Origin: Amphiscolops sp. MND2022
Taxonomy: Eukaryota
DNA: 64,000 nt
NCBI GenBank assembly: GCA_964187785.1
Contig: OZ076409.1
Location: forward strand, 70,124,001-70,188,000
Direction of reading: 5' to 3'
Of this stretch, positions 1-12,917 are shown piece by piece. Both the position numbers and the translations under genes were made by a program. Below the pieces are notes generated by a model. It saw nothing but the letters and a program-made list of their open reading frames with translations. It had not been told where the DNA came from and did not search any database. Each line of letters begins with the position of its first letter. Position 1 is the first letter of the stretch.

Positions 1-936
1 ATGAACTAAAAAAATGTCAGCTAAAAGAAAATTTAGCTACACTAATTAAAAACCAAACTTCAAAGAACACAGTAATTGTCTATGATCAGCCAATAACGAG
101 ATGGGCGGCAGTTTTGGGGCAAATATTGACGGCAAAACCAACTTGTCAGAGTTCGGGAGTGACTGCCTATTGTTAAATTAAATTTATCTCGAATATGTTT
201 CAATCCCAATTTAATTGTTTTTTCTCACGCGGGAATATGAAATCAAAGGTTCTTCATAATGATTACCAAATTTATTTGTACGTTCATCATTAGTCAAAAA
301 ATTGATAAAGCCAAAAAATCAACTTGGAGCTGAAAATGTATTTTAATAAACAGAGAAAAGTACGAGTGTTTCTAAATTTGAAATATTCAATGTAATCTAG
401 AAAAATTCACGTTTGATCATAGACAAAATTAACAAAAGAAAATTATTTGAATTTCTCTCTACAGCATTTTGGAATCGACGAATAATTCTTGCTTTTTTAC
501 AAGCTTCTTTGTGACACAAAAGTAGTTTATAAATAAACTATGGGATGTCAGTTCTAAATGGAGTTAGTACCATTAAAACTTTTCCTCAATTATACTCCAA
601 TATTATTTGCGAAGCAATTAAGCTCCCAATTTATAAGTTTTTGTTTCCATACTTTTTCATTCACTTCGTTCATTAATATTTATTGATGACGTCCACAAGA
701 CTATCATGAACATCTATGTATTTTTCCCAAATTTGCGACAAAAATTCAGGCAATATAAAAACAACAGTGTAACGAAAGGCATAGGAACTTCACCTGGAAA
801 AAATGCTTGGCTTCGAGCAGTCAATTTTGTTTCGTAAACTTTCAGAACACTTCATGATTCAAGATCACATATTCATCGTTTCTCATGTTGGATCGAATAC
901 TGTGAAAAGTAGAAATTAGTGTTTTTAATGGGAATG

Positions 937-1482
937 ACAAGACGAGAACGTCTAAAGTCGGCGCTATATCTAAGGCTCAAAACGCGCAATACATTTTTTT
1001 TTGGGAGAAAACTTGAAATTTTTGATTTTTTTCTCTCGAAAAATGTCGCATTGTGCCGAGAAATGTAAAAGGGGGGAACCTTTTGGATTTATTAACAAAC
1101 ATTCTGTTGCAAAATTTCAAAATCTCAAACGGGGACCCTTTGGGGACATTAAAAAATTTTCGAAAAAAAAAGTCGCACAGTGCCGAAAAAAATCCAAAGG
1201 GGGACCCTCAGGCACGTCCGGCTTTGTAGGTTTCCTTGAGAAAGTAAAAAATGAAAGGGGACCCTTTGGACTAAGTTTTCCTTGGCCTTAGATGGTTTCA
1301 GGATTGTTTCTAAAAAGTGAACCGATCAGTGTGAGGATTGTAGTCTGAAGAAAAAAAGGCCACTGCTATAGTCGGGCAATTTTACTTAAAAGGATAAAGC
1401 GCCGACTAAAAAAGGTCACTGCTATAGTCGTGCATTTTACGTTAAAAGGAAAACGCGCCTACTAAAAACACGCTGACTAAAA
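937..1482 (-). mobile_element. Non-autonomous Helentron/DINE-1-like element, family A
   Basis: Terminus ACAAGACG-AGAA-CGTCT (5-bp hairpin), then subterminal GTCGGCGCT, internal GGGGGACCCTTT repeats, and at the far end the inverted AGCGCCGACT-AAAAA module, tandemly repeated (1360-1480). Many copies in the window. Confidence 0.6.
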
Positions 1483-1609
1483 ACACTTTGAAGTAAACCT
1501 CCAAACTATTGATATGATGAAATCAGGCCAGAACAAAATAAAACATAGTTAACCTACGACTTGTTACAATGTTTAGTAGAAGATTTAAGACAGTTTTAAA
1601 TAGTGGAAT

Positions 1610-2281
1610 CCCTAGTTCGAAAGATATAGAAATCTTGCACTTATCTTTTAAGTTTCTTACAAAACATGGTATTCTTGCAAGTTTTTTGCAAGCTGATGCC
1701 AGTCTTGCAAGAGTCTTGCAAGACAATGTAAATCTTGCAAGTTGATAAATTGGAACGCTAGTCTTGCGAGAATCTTGCAAGACCATGATGCAAATCTTGC
1801 AAGATAATGAATCAAAACCTTGCAAGACATCACAGTTATGATAACGTAGTCAACGGCTTCACCAATTGTCAACAATGATCATTTTTCACAGATTTTTGTC
1901 AGGGTTTTTGCTTGAACAAACGTACGCCTATAATCAATTTAGCCAGATTGTTGTCTAAGAAAGTCCTATTTAAAAACATTCTGAAAATGTCTGGAACCGC
2001 TTTTTTGATAGTGAGAGAATAGGGACTGGTGGAATTGTTTATTGAGTGATGTTCAATGGAACGAAAGGCTATTTAGGCAACTCGATTTTTCAGTCGAAAC
2101 ATGCAAATATCTTGAAAGTTCGGCACTTTCCTAGCAAGTCTAACACAATGTCAATTCATTTCTTGCAGAAATCTTGTGAGAATCTTGCAAGACAGTTTGC
2201 AAGAAAAATGCATTTATTTGCAAGATCTTGCAAGATGTCTTGCAAAATATTTTCAGAAATTACATTTTTTTCAACTTAGGG
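1610..2281. mobile_element. CACTA/EnSpm-like foldback MITE (TCTTGCAAGA family)
   Basis: Ends CCCTAGTT...AACTTAGGG, 2-bp AT on both sides, subterminal arrays of the palindrome TCTTGCAAGA at both ends. Confidence 0.6.
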
Positions 2282-3751
2282 ATTGCTGAATCTCACGAAA
2301 ATCTCTCAACCTACTTTTCAACTGCCTGACTATAAACGCGCTCATTAAGTCTATATAACTTGCCAATCTGAAATTCGAAATTTGATTCAAATAGCAATTA
2401 CAAAAACACTGATTCGTTGACAAATGAATGTTAGAAGCAAACGAAGGTTCATTTTGAGATTTTATTATTATATCTAATCATGTTTATCATAAATGATTGG
2501 ATGGTCAGTTTCAATACACTATCGTTCACTAAAGCTATTGGCAGCCCATTTGTTTGAAAGAACATCGCATTGTCAAAGGATGCGGTCAATTTTTGGGATC
2601 AAAATTGGATCAATTTTTTGAACTGACAGATTTCATAAAAAGTTTTTTTATAAGTTATGCATAAAGTGCGTTTTAGTTTAAAGTCCTGCCGCCAGGCAGT
2701 GTGTCGTAAAATTATAATTTGTCTTGAACCTGATTTTTCGAATCTATTTGTATTTCTATATTGAACAATTTTTACCAAAACAACATGAGTGTTTCGGATA
2801 GGAAGTAAAAACTAGGATATAAAGAATTAGGTTCCGATGTAAGGAGTTTCATAAACCCATATTCTTCGTATTGTTATGTGACTCACTTATCGAAAAAAGA
2901 CAAAAAGAGTCAAATCACAGTTTTTTTAACCAATTTGTATCTTAGTTTGATATTTTGCAACCACGTGAAATCAAAAATTGATCAAAAATTTCGATTCTGA
3001 ACTTGGATTTCATGGAGAAAAATGTTTATTTGAGAATCTTTTGTGGAATTCGAGTACCCATTTGGGCCGTCTGCGACACGTTACAACTGTTTTACTCTTT
3101 CAACAATCCCACTGTTTACTGATGGAACAAGTTCAATTCAGTTGGTTTATTTAGCAAAAAGGAACCGTTCTGAACAAAAAATTGTTTTCCTAAGAAAACA
3201 ATATTTTTTTGTAAGAATCAGAAAAGTTCTTTGCAATGTTTACTCATTTTCAAGAACAACTGTTCCGAATATACAAATTTTAGTTTCAGAGGGGGCAAGT
3301 TTGAGGTTGTTTCCTTCGTGGTAGTTTTCCTTCGTGCTAGTGGACTGTTCGAGCCTTACTTTTTTGTCACAGATTTCCCTTTTGAAAGGAATTGGCCGCA
3401 AGCGAGTGAGAGATAACAGCACAACATCATTTAAAATCTACGCCGGTGATCATGTCTGGCTTTCTGGTAGCTTTGTGTATGTGCTGACTAGAGTGAGCTT
3501 CTGAGCAGTCGTATCCATGCAGGGGCGAATCTTGAATTAGCATTGGCTCAACTATCGGATTTAACTTGTGCTTCAGAATTATTTGGTGAAATGTTTTTAA
3601 AAAGTCTGAGAGGTGAGATTGGCTTGTAGGTTCCGAATTTATTGTTTTTTTTTGCGGGAATTGATTTCTAACCCCTTTTGTTTGTCTTCAAGATCTTGGA
3701 TTAAGTTCCGTGTCGGAGCCGGGAAAAGGTCTGTGAGCTATTTCAACGCTT

Positions 3752-4411
3752 TAGTGTTTTTAGTCGGCGCATTTTAGTAGAAAATGTGCCCGACTCTTAC
3801 AGTGGGTAGTTTTTTTTAGACACGAAAGTTCCACTTTTCTTTCTGTGTCTTTTCTTTTTGTTCTTTGTTCAGTTCATTTCTTCAACAACTTGGCGAACCT
3901 AAGAAGCGCGTCCAAAACGAAAAAGAAAACAAAACAAACAGAACCTCGACAACACACTAACGATCTCCCCTAAGCCTCCCCCCCCCCTCACTTTTTTTCG
4001 GCACTATGCGACTTTTTTTGAAACTGTTTGGATTGCACCAAAGGGTCCCCCCTTTATTTGTTTTGATATTTTAAAACACAATGGATGTCAGAAAATTCCA
4101 AAGGGCCCCCCCTTTTACATTTTTCGGCACTGTGACACTGTTCAAAAATCACATTTCAAAATTTTTTTTGGGCAATTTTTTTCAGTCCTTAAAGGGTCCC
4201 CCCTTCAATTTTTTTCATATTTTGCAACCAGCTGGAGTTTCACAAAGCCCAAAGGGTCCCCCTTTTACATTTTTCGACACTGTGACACTGTTCAATTCAT
4301 TTTTTAAAATATTTTTCCACCAGCTGGAGTTTCACAAAACCCAAAGAGTCCCCCCTTTTACAATTTTGAGCCTTAGATATAGCGCCGACTTTGGCCGTTC
4401 TCGGCTTGTTT
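3752..4411 (+). mobile_element. Family A Helentron-like element, opposite orientation to the 937 copy
   Basis: TTTTTAGTCGGCGC at 5' end; ends AGCGCCGAC-TTT-GGCCG-TTCT-CGGCT-TGTTT; internal AAAGGGTCCCCC repeats. Confidence 0.6.
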
Positions 4412-4429
4412 CATTTGGTTAAAGCAGGT

Positions 4430-5110
4430 TCTTTCAACCAAGGCTTTTAATGACTCTCTGACATCATGGTTCACAAAAGAGTGTGATTTTAGCTTTATTG
4501 AAGTTTTCTTTTTTTTTCGGCCCCCTCTCCATTCAGAAAAGACTTGATCTGGATTAATTGCTCTTGTAGTTTGTAGTTGTTTTTCTGTTGAAGCACAATT
4601 TCTTGACTTTGTTCCGTGCCTTTTGCAAGTGTCTAGCAAGAATAGTAGACTCGGCGAACTAAATCCACTTTGTTCCGAGAGTTGGCTCTATGAATATCTA
4701 AAATTTCATCTTCAGCGGTTGTTTCCGAAATTATTGCAGTATTCAAGTAAATAATCTGCTGGTTGTTTCCAAACCTGGAATGGGGTTTTTCTGACCATCA
4801 TACTGTTTTGCTTCTCTGGACTCTATTTCAACCAGCTCTACGAATTTGTCGAAATTTTCTCAATCGGATGGGAAGTTAGGTTTCTCGTCCATTGCTTCCT
4901 AGACTCACAAGACAACAGTACCAACTCAACATTGTATAAGTTGATCCCTTGCTATTCAACAACCTATTTAGGAGATTCGATCGTTTTTGTCCCGTATCGG
5001 CTGGTCTTCTTGGATCAAAATTAGAAAATTGTCAATATATTTGTCAATTCATTTACCGTAGAAAAGACTTGAAAAAATGGCATTAGCTGTAATTCCTAAA
5101 GTTTTTCACA
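4430..5110 (-). pseudogene. Heavily decayed LINE reverse-transcriptase relic
   Basis: Minus-strand frames give fragments such as NFDP.R, FPSD and EQSGF in the order expected for the pre-RT/RT region of non-LTR elements, with many stops and frameshifts. Confidence 0.3.
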
Positions 5111-5516
5111 AAGTGATCTGCACAAAAACTTTTCTTCGTTGATCCGTTCAAAATGTGTTGTCTTTTTTGAAAAGTTTGCAAACTTTGTAGTTTCCAGAAG
5201 AGAGGTTGAGCTCTCAAAAGTATTTTGAGTTCCGAATTTGAGATTCAAGCAAAGAATCAGCTGAAATTATTTGGTTGAAAGGTTTGGTTAAAATGATACA
5301 TGAAGTTTAAAGCTAGTAAAACTAAAATATGGACCTGTGCACACATTAATATGTGTACTTATAAAAGACAAAACCAAACCTAAAACCATAGAAGTGTTCA
5401 CCAGTTTTTTTCGTTTCTAATACGAAGTCGCCCCTTCATTGTTTTTTTTTAAAAAATTGTTACTTGATACAATGGTATAACACTCTGCTTTCGCATCATT
5501 GAATTTGAGCGCTGAC

Positions 5517-7122
5517 TGTCACAGGCGGCCGCCTGCGATGGGAATTGGTACTCAATTTCCTACAGTCACTACAACTCTCTCCCAGGAACGACCCCCTTGA
5601 TTAAGGAGAGTGGACACACTGTCCAAAAGGACAGTGATAAAACTGATAAACTCATTTTTTACTCAATCATAATATTACATTGTTGTTGCTAAATTTGGAA
5701 CTAATACTCGGACATGGAAACATATTTACCCATATTTTAGTGCAAATTTGTATTTGTATTTGGTTGTTATACTGTTAATCTAATACGATGCATGTAAAAT
5801 TAGTAGTATGTTGTTAGTAATTGGACACCAAGGCGTACATGTAGAGGAAACGTGTTAAAATGTTTCCTCTCTTGTCGCTGTGGACACTCAGTCCGCATTA
5901 ATTTTCAACCAATCACGTTGCAGTATTAATTGGAGTGCTTTGATATCGTGCTTTTGAATAATGGACACGATGGCCATATGCCGCTTGCTCGCCAATAATA
6001 GAGCGTTAATTGAGGCGACAGGACACTGAGTCCGGATTAGAGTATAAAATGGTAGTTGCGGTAATAATCTTAATTTGAAGAGCAATTTAGCATATACTTT
6101 TGCTTTGTCAAATAAATGTGCTTCTATTAGTCGCTCCCCCCCCCCCCAACGCCGCAGTGGCTATATTTCAATGCCTTTACATAAATATCGACAAGTAACA
6201 ACTTGAACATGAACTCGTTGCGTGTTTGAATCATGTAATGTTGCCGTGATTTTCATGAACGTTTTGTTGTCCCTCAAGGACGATTGTTGATTTATACAAA
6301 GATGCCGGCATAACGCCTTTGATGTGGTCTGAAGGTCATAACGTCAATATATCTATAAATAGTTGGTGCTATTTTTAGAATAATTATCTGCTATTTTTAG
6401 ATCATGACAGACACAATTTTGCGAGTCATAAATTTTTCAATATATAAATACTCAGGCCCTTAAGTCCGACACAATTGAATGTTGATATAAACCGATACAG
6501 TTGTGTTGATTGAAAATGTTGTTTTACAAGATAAAGGATTTCAATTATTTCTTCCTGACCCTTGTAAAAGTCTCTTATGCCTTCTACCAGAAGACAAAAA
6601 GCTAAAGCTAGAAAGTCTAGAGAAATGGACATGATGTCCGACTTTGATAATATAGACGTGATGATAGGGAATGAGAATACCAACTCTATTGAAAGAGAGT
6701 TAGCAAATGCAATTGAGGAATCATCAGTACTTGGGGACACTGAGTCCAACATGCATCCAATGAATTTGGAGAAACCAATTACAAAAATAATGATCATAGG
6801 CCAAATGAAACGAGTAACTACATGGATACTTTCTCAAATGAGTTTAATCTTAGATTATCTCAAGAAATGGATTCCATGATGGCCATGATGCATTTACAAA
6901 TTAACAGAGCTATAAGCTCAACAATTTCTGATAGAGTAATTCCTGAAATAAAGAACATCATGAGTTCGATGTTCTTGTCGGGAAACAGGGACACTGAGGC
7001 CAGTTCGTCCCCAAATAGTCAGGAGAATAGAGAGAACAATATTGGGTTAAAAACGAAAATTACAAAATAGGACTCTCGGTCCACTGGAGATCTGAGAAAC
7101 ACAGAGGATCTAGGTCCTTACA
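5517..7122 (+). mobile_element. Solo LTR (1606 bp) with internal frameshifted ORF
   Basis: TGTCA...TTACA termini with a perfect 5-bp target-site duplication CTGAC (5512-5516 and 7123-7127). TATAAAA near 6043, AATAAA near 6111, ORF MPSTRRQKAK from 6577 running to the LTR end. Confidence 0.75.
6577..7122 (+). pseudogene. Disrupted ORF inside the solo LTR, probable gag N-terminus
   Basis: ORFs 6577-6879 and 6822-7070 overlap in different frames and read as one helical/coiled-coil-like protein. The frame stays open after a single TAG (7068-7070) up to the terminal CA. Confidence 0.5.
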
Positions 7123-10100
7123 CTGACATATACATTAATTCTGGAGCATTGGTGTCTCTGATGACTGATGCACCGCACCCACTGACGGACTAATGTTCAA
7201 GGTCGAAAGTTAGAAACTTGCTTTTTCCGAATTTTTGTTCTGTAGACCATTAGTACAAACACACCAAGCTTCAATTATTTATTTCAAAAAAAAACGTAAC
7301 GTTGAACAAGCCAAATGCTTCGTTTTTATTCTTGTTTGCAATGCATTGTGGAAATTTGATGTCCTCGCTGGAAATGTCCCGTTATAAATCTGGGGTGTTG
7401 CTGAGAAATCCAATGGAAATCAATGAATTGAAGATTTTAAATTCCATGAACATTAAATAACTTTAAGAAGCTGTTTTTTCGATTTCGGAATTATTATTAG
7501 CGATATCTTTACAATTCTAATGCGAGACATTCTTTTTTTGCTAAGAAGTTCGTGTCCTGTTAGCAGATTAACGTTAATCTCTATCAAGGCAAGAAAACGA
7601 GAGGCTTGCATCATTTTTATTATCAAAACGTGGCGGCGTGCGAATATCAAATGAACAAAATCTGATATATTTTCAAGCTTATTCGGTTATCCGATCTAAA
7701 TTCATATAAAATACTGCATAGGTATGCTTCATCTGGTAACGTCCGAGTGTTTTCCAATCCGAGAATAATGGGGGGGGGGGTCAAAATCATAACACATGCA
7801 TAAAATATTAGTTGTTTAGTCGGCAAATTACTTGGCAATACATGAATGTAGGAAGGCCTTCCTTGTCCTGAATTTTCATAACATTTACCGTAAAGCAATT
7901 TAGCATCCACCCCTTAATTCCCCTCCTGTATTACGCCTCCTGTCTCCTTAAGCATTGTCCCCTGAAAAAAAAGACCCCTGAAAGTGAACAGAAAGTGAAA
8001 GGTGGAATACTAGCAACTGCTTTTTCTATCAGTGACAGAGTTGTACGGATATCCCTTGAGATAAAATGAATTGTCTTTGGTGTCAGTACGCTCAATGTGT
8101 GATGTATATACTTTTTCTCCAGCGATGGGTATGTGCATGATAGTGAAAGTAGATGGTGATGATGTATTGAAAGTATAATACCATACAAAACACACCATAA
8201 ACACAAAATACCACTCCAAAGATATGAACCAATGAAGTAAAACTCTGCTTAGCGTTGGCTTGAAGAAAAAATGGTTTAGATTTGCTGTTTCTATTTTTTT
8301 ATCTAAACCCCCTCCCCCGCCCCTTTGGTTTTCCCAATCCTCTTTTTCCACACTACACACATCAAAAATTTTAAGGAAGCCTCATGCAGCCGTACTTTGA
8401 AGGAATAAAAAATCACGTGACGATTGCAGCCTCTGCTAACACGCGTCCTTGGTCTTCTCCCGCTGTTTTTATTCCGCGTACATTGTTGCTAATATTATCC
8501 CTTCGCATCCAGGCATACATTGTGCCTACCCCAAATACACACAAAAGCAACGAAACAAGCTTCTCCCGAATTTCCCTAACATAATTTACCATTAAACCTT
8601 TCCAAGTAAGTGTTATTAAACTTTTCTAGCGCTTTATCGCTTTTCTAATCAACACCATTGTAGGCAATCACGTGTAAGTCTTAACCTGTAATAAATATTT
8701 CTAATGTAAACCAGTTTTTATTACCAGATTAATGAGAAATATAGGTTTCTATCATAATAACTTGCACAAAAAACCGATTTATTGTCCGGGTTTTTATTTG
8801 ACTCTAATGTTTAATCTTTAAAACCAAAGACTTCAAACTATCGAATTTTGCGGCAACACTTTTTGCAAAAAAACGATTCCATTGCCTTCTTGTATATATA
8901 ATACGAGGCTATATTTGATACCAAATCTTCGTCGAGCCTGCTTGGAAAATCTTTCTAGGATTACAATGCATCATCAACTACTTCAGCAAAACCTGATCAG
9001 ATTTTCTGAAAGACATTTCTGCACCGAAGTTTTCCTAAGATGTTGGTTGATAAAATCAAGATAAAGGTATTTTGAAACCTTGAAAAACATGCAAAAAGTT
9101 CAAACAGTTTCAATTGAAAGGTGAATTAGCAACCTTAGACTTTCAATGCTTCCACCTCGTACCTGACCTGCCTAGCGGTCAATATTTTGAAGTGAGCATG
9201 TTGTTTTCAAACTCAAAGCCAAGTCTGTTAAAAACAGAGACCTGGGAATTGCACGTGAACATAGTTTTTCCTTTCGAAATAACTTTCAACCAAATTTTTG
9301 GACTATGTAGACGTTTAGAAATAATGTTCGGAAGTTTTGAAATATGAGATAATGCAATTCTTGTATACTTAGCGATATTATCTAACCTATAGGAAACGTA
9401 AACTCTATGAAAACGTATTCAGTTTAGCATTTTGACAATTATTTCGCAGCCACAAAGGGTAAACCGAAAATTCGAAGTTCTTCGTTGTAATAAAAATATG
9501 CCAATTATATTACAGCTCTTTATTCAGAAACTGTACAATATGCTCCTTCAACAAAAACTGTTCCGTCTAATTCTGCAGATATTGAGTAGTCCGAAAAATC
9601 TGAAGCTCAAATTTTTAAGTTTTTTCTCCAAGTTTTTTTGAGGTGAAGACAGTTTTCAACTCGGTGTTTTCCAAGAAAAAAGTGCACGGTTATTACAGTG
9701 GCAATAGTTGTTTTCCTCCAGATAACTCTGATACGCCCATTTTTTATAAAAAATCAGGAATTATTAATATTTCTGCTTTAGCAGGAATGTTATTGTAACC
9801 TCAAAGTTGGTCCTTTTTTTTTTTCAGTCGTCAAATTTCGTCCTACTGAATAATTCAGATATTTTGTTCGGCAGTGAGTGTAAGCGTGGGAAAGCTGCCG
9901 ACAACAATTCAATTCTAGTGCGATAGAACGAGCGAGTGGTAATTATCCATTCGTATGCTGACGTCATTGAGATGAAGCGAATGAGTGTTAATTATTCGTT
10001 CGTTGAGAGCTTCGCCTGCATTCAAATGCGAATGCGAAACTTCGTCTACGCTTAGTTATATTTTCTTTAGTCCGAGAAGAATTAAAGGCGGTGTAAACTT

Positions 10101-11229
10101 GTACAGTGATTAATTGTGCTCTAAGTAATGATTAAACAGGAGTGTATTGGTATTCCAGATATGATTCTTTTATTAATGATTTTTTGTTTTAAAAAAATAA
10201 AGATTAAAGCAGAAATAGTACTGAGCCCCGGAGGGGCCTATTTTTCAAATTCAAAACTTGAAATTAGACTACTGGGGGACAGGATAGCCCAATGTACAGG
10301 AAGTGGGCTTTTTTGTGTTGAGGACTCGAATCCAACATACGATGAAATTTTCATCTCACCAAATGAATTACATGAGAAATGTTTTGATATATCGTTGAAA
10401 AAAATGGATAATACGAAAACTACTTGAAATAACTATTTCGCAACTTGGAATTACGACTGTTTCAAAACGAACTATACTGATAACGTTTTCTGGTATAGCG
10501 TAAAACTTGGTAGCGTTCCAATGTAACGATACTCATTTTCGGTATTGCAGTTTTGGCAAGTTTTCTGTCACTCAAATGAAAATTCAACGGAGCAGAGGCT
10601 GAAAGAATTCCTAAACCTCATTCTGTGTCCTAAATGAATGCAATTAGCCTGAATATTTCTAGCTATCTATGTCAGTGTATTAAATTCGTATTCAATTTAA
10701 AAGAAGGTTCCTTTCCTTCTCTGAAGTGTAAGAAGTCATGGCTTTTTTCAGACTCGATTTTTAAAATAGCAACGCGGAGCATGTACCGAAAACAGTTTTT
10801 ATAATGATGTGTTAGTAGTAGTGAAAGACTCAATTCCAAATACGGAAATTATTAAACAATAAAAATAATTATAGCGAATGAAGATCAAACAGCTGAAATT
10901 AGGACCTACACCAAGTGCACATACATTTGAGGTAAAAGCAACATGAATAATCCCAATTGGAATTCTTTGTCAGCATCTTAAAATAACAGTCAAGAGAAAA
11001 CTTCAAGAATGATAGAGACATGGCTAAAGATATTACATTTTGACGAAAAAAAAATTGCCGAACGTGTAGCTCGTGCGAATAAATTTGCATTCGTGCCAAT
11101 TTTTTTTTGTATCAGGAATATTAAATTTATGTGTCCTGAAGTTCGCATTCGTTTATGCAGGTAATTGTAGATTTTAAGTAATAGGTCCACACTTTGATTT
11201 TGTGATTTTTGATTTTCTATTTTGATTTT

Positions 11230-12400
11230 CTGCACCCAACTGGATAAAAAAAGTCCAAAGGGTCTTCTCTCTTCTGCGTTTTTTGGCACTGTGACACGTT
11301 TTCGAAAAGTATTTTGATCCTGTGGAACTGATGAGTTTCCTTAACAGTTGTGAAAAAAATGTACCGTTTTTAGTAGGCGCTTTTCTCAAGAAAATAGTCG
11401 ATTCTAGTCATTTCATTTAGTCAGTTTTTTTCCATACAACTGATCTGTGCAAAAAAGTTTTACCAAAAGTTCTTCAATTACATTTGAGCTGTAAAAAGTG
11501 CCAAGGTTCGACAATAACACAACCCTTCGACAATAACGCAACCCATACCGGATTTAACGCAAACCGGATATAACGAATACCAGATATAACGTATAGGGGA
11601 TATAACGTTCCTTGGAGAAATTTTCAATATTACATAACAACCCCGTTTTCGATTTTTAGTATATTTAGAGTTGATACAAAATCATTTGAAGTCAAAGGAC
11701 CCCCCTTTGGATTTTTTTCCGGTATTGTGAGACCTTATTCTTTTTAAACTTCAGCGAAACTTGCATTTGGTCAAGGGGTACCCTCCCGCTTCCATAGCGG
11801 ATTTTGGCTTGAGAAAAGGTAGTTTTTCGAGCTGAAATTTCCTTTTTTTAGTTCTATGAAAGTTTTCCGAAACAAAAATCGATTTTTTTGAAAACGAATT
11901 TTTTGGTTCCAGTTGGGGTTTTCGAGTTTTATGCGTATTCTTTGGGGTATTTTTCGGCAATGAGAGAGTGATAAAAGTTTGAAAACAGTTTCCTTAGCAT
12001 ATTAAAGAAATTTGAGTGGGGCGCCGGCTTGTGCTGGTCCCGGCTTGTTTCGACACTGTGCGACTTTTTTCTCAATACAATTCTCATTTGGTCAAAGGGT
12101 ACCCCCTTCACTTTGACAAATGTTTTCGGCCTGAAAAAAGCGTTTGGTGAGCTCGAAGCTTCTTTTTCGGCACTACGAGTATTTGTTCGAAGAAAAAATT
12201 TTCAAAAAAATACCCAAAAAATATATTTTTGATGTTTCAAGTTAAGGAAAAACGGTTTTCAAGTCTTATGCGTATCTCTTCGGGTATTTTTGGCGCTGTA
12301 AATTTGATAAACTTATGACAAAGTGTCCCTTGCATATTTAAGAAACTTTACTATTTTGAAACATGATCAGGACCCTGACCTGGGTCGTTCCCGGTTTGTT
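11230..12400 (+). repeat. Cluster of degenerate family A Helentron-like copies and a GGATATAACG minisatellite
   Basis: AAAGGGTACCCC motifs, hairpin-CTTGTT ends near 12050 and 12400, and GATATAACG repeats at 11550-11610 also seen at 37750-37900 and 47150-47210. Confidence 0.45.
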
Positions 12401-12917
12401 TTGATTTTAATGCAACCCGTTTGATTAAATTTTGTTTTGATACCGTAAAGCATGATAAATTCTCGACAACGTCAAGCTTGTTGATTTCTTTTTCTTTCGC
12501 ACGGACGAAATTCCAAGATGAGAAACAAAACCTTCAAAGTTGAAAGTTTCTAGAAATGAACTTTTTTGTCATTGAAAGGATTAAGATTGAGATATCATGG
12601 TCACTTTATGGTACATAACATTTCATTTCTCTTAAATCGCAAATATATATACCAAAAACTCGTAATATTTGCATTTGCTAATTGAGGTTATTTTTTGGAC
12701 TGTTGAATAAAAATCAATAAAAATATTTCCTGTTTTTATCATTTTGCATGGAGACTGTAAAAGAAATTAAATCCAGAGCAGCTCAAGTTCATAAACATTG
12801 CTGCAGCCTTCATCGATGTGGGATTTTTTCTGCTGGTAGAGCAGCGTCATAAGCTATAAATCTGTTAATTTGCTTCTCCAGGACACTAAGCTAATATGCA
12901 ATAAGTCATAAATCAAC

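Noticed and set aside
1001..4422. ORFs 1001-1291 and 4081-4422 (KGGPF/KGPPF repeats)
   Set aside because: Chance translations of family A internal repeats.
7770..8600. GC-richer region with several short ORFs
   Set aside because: No consistent frame, splice pattern or paired transposon ends could be established.
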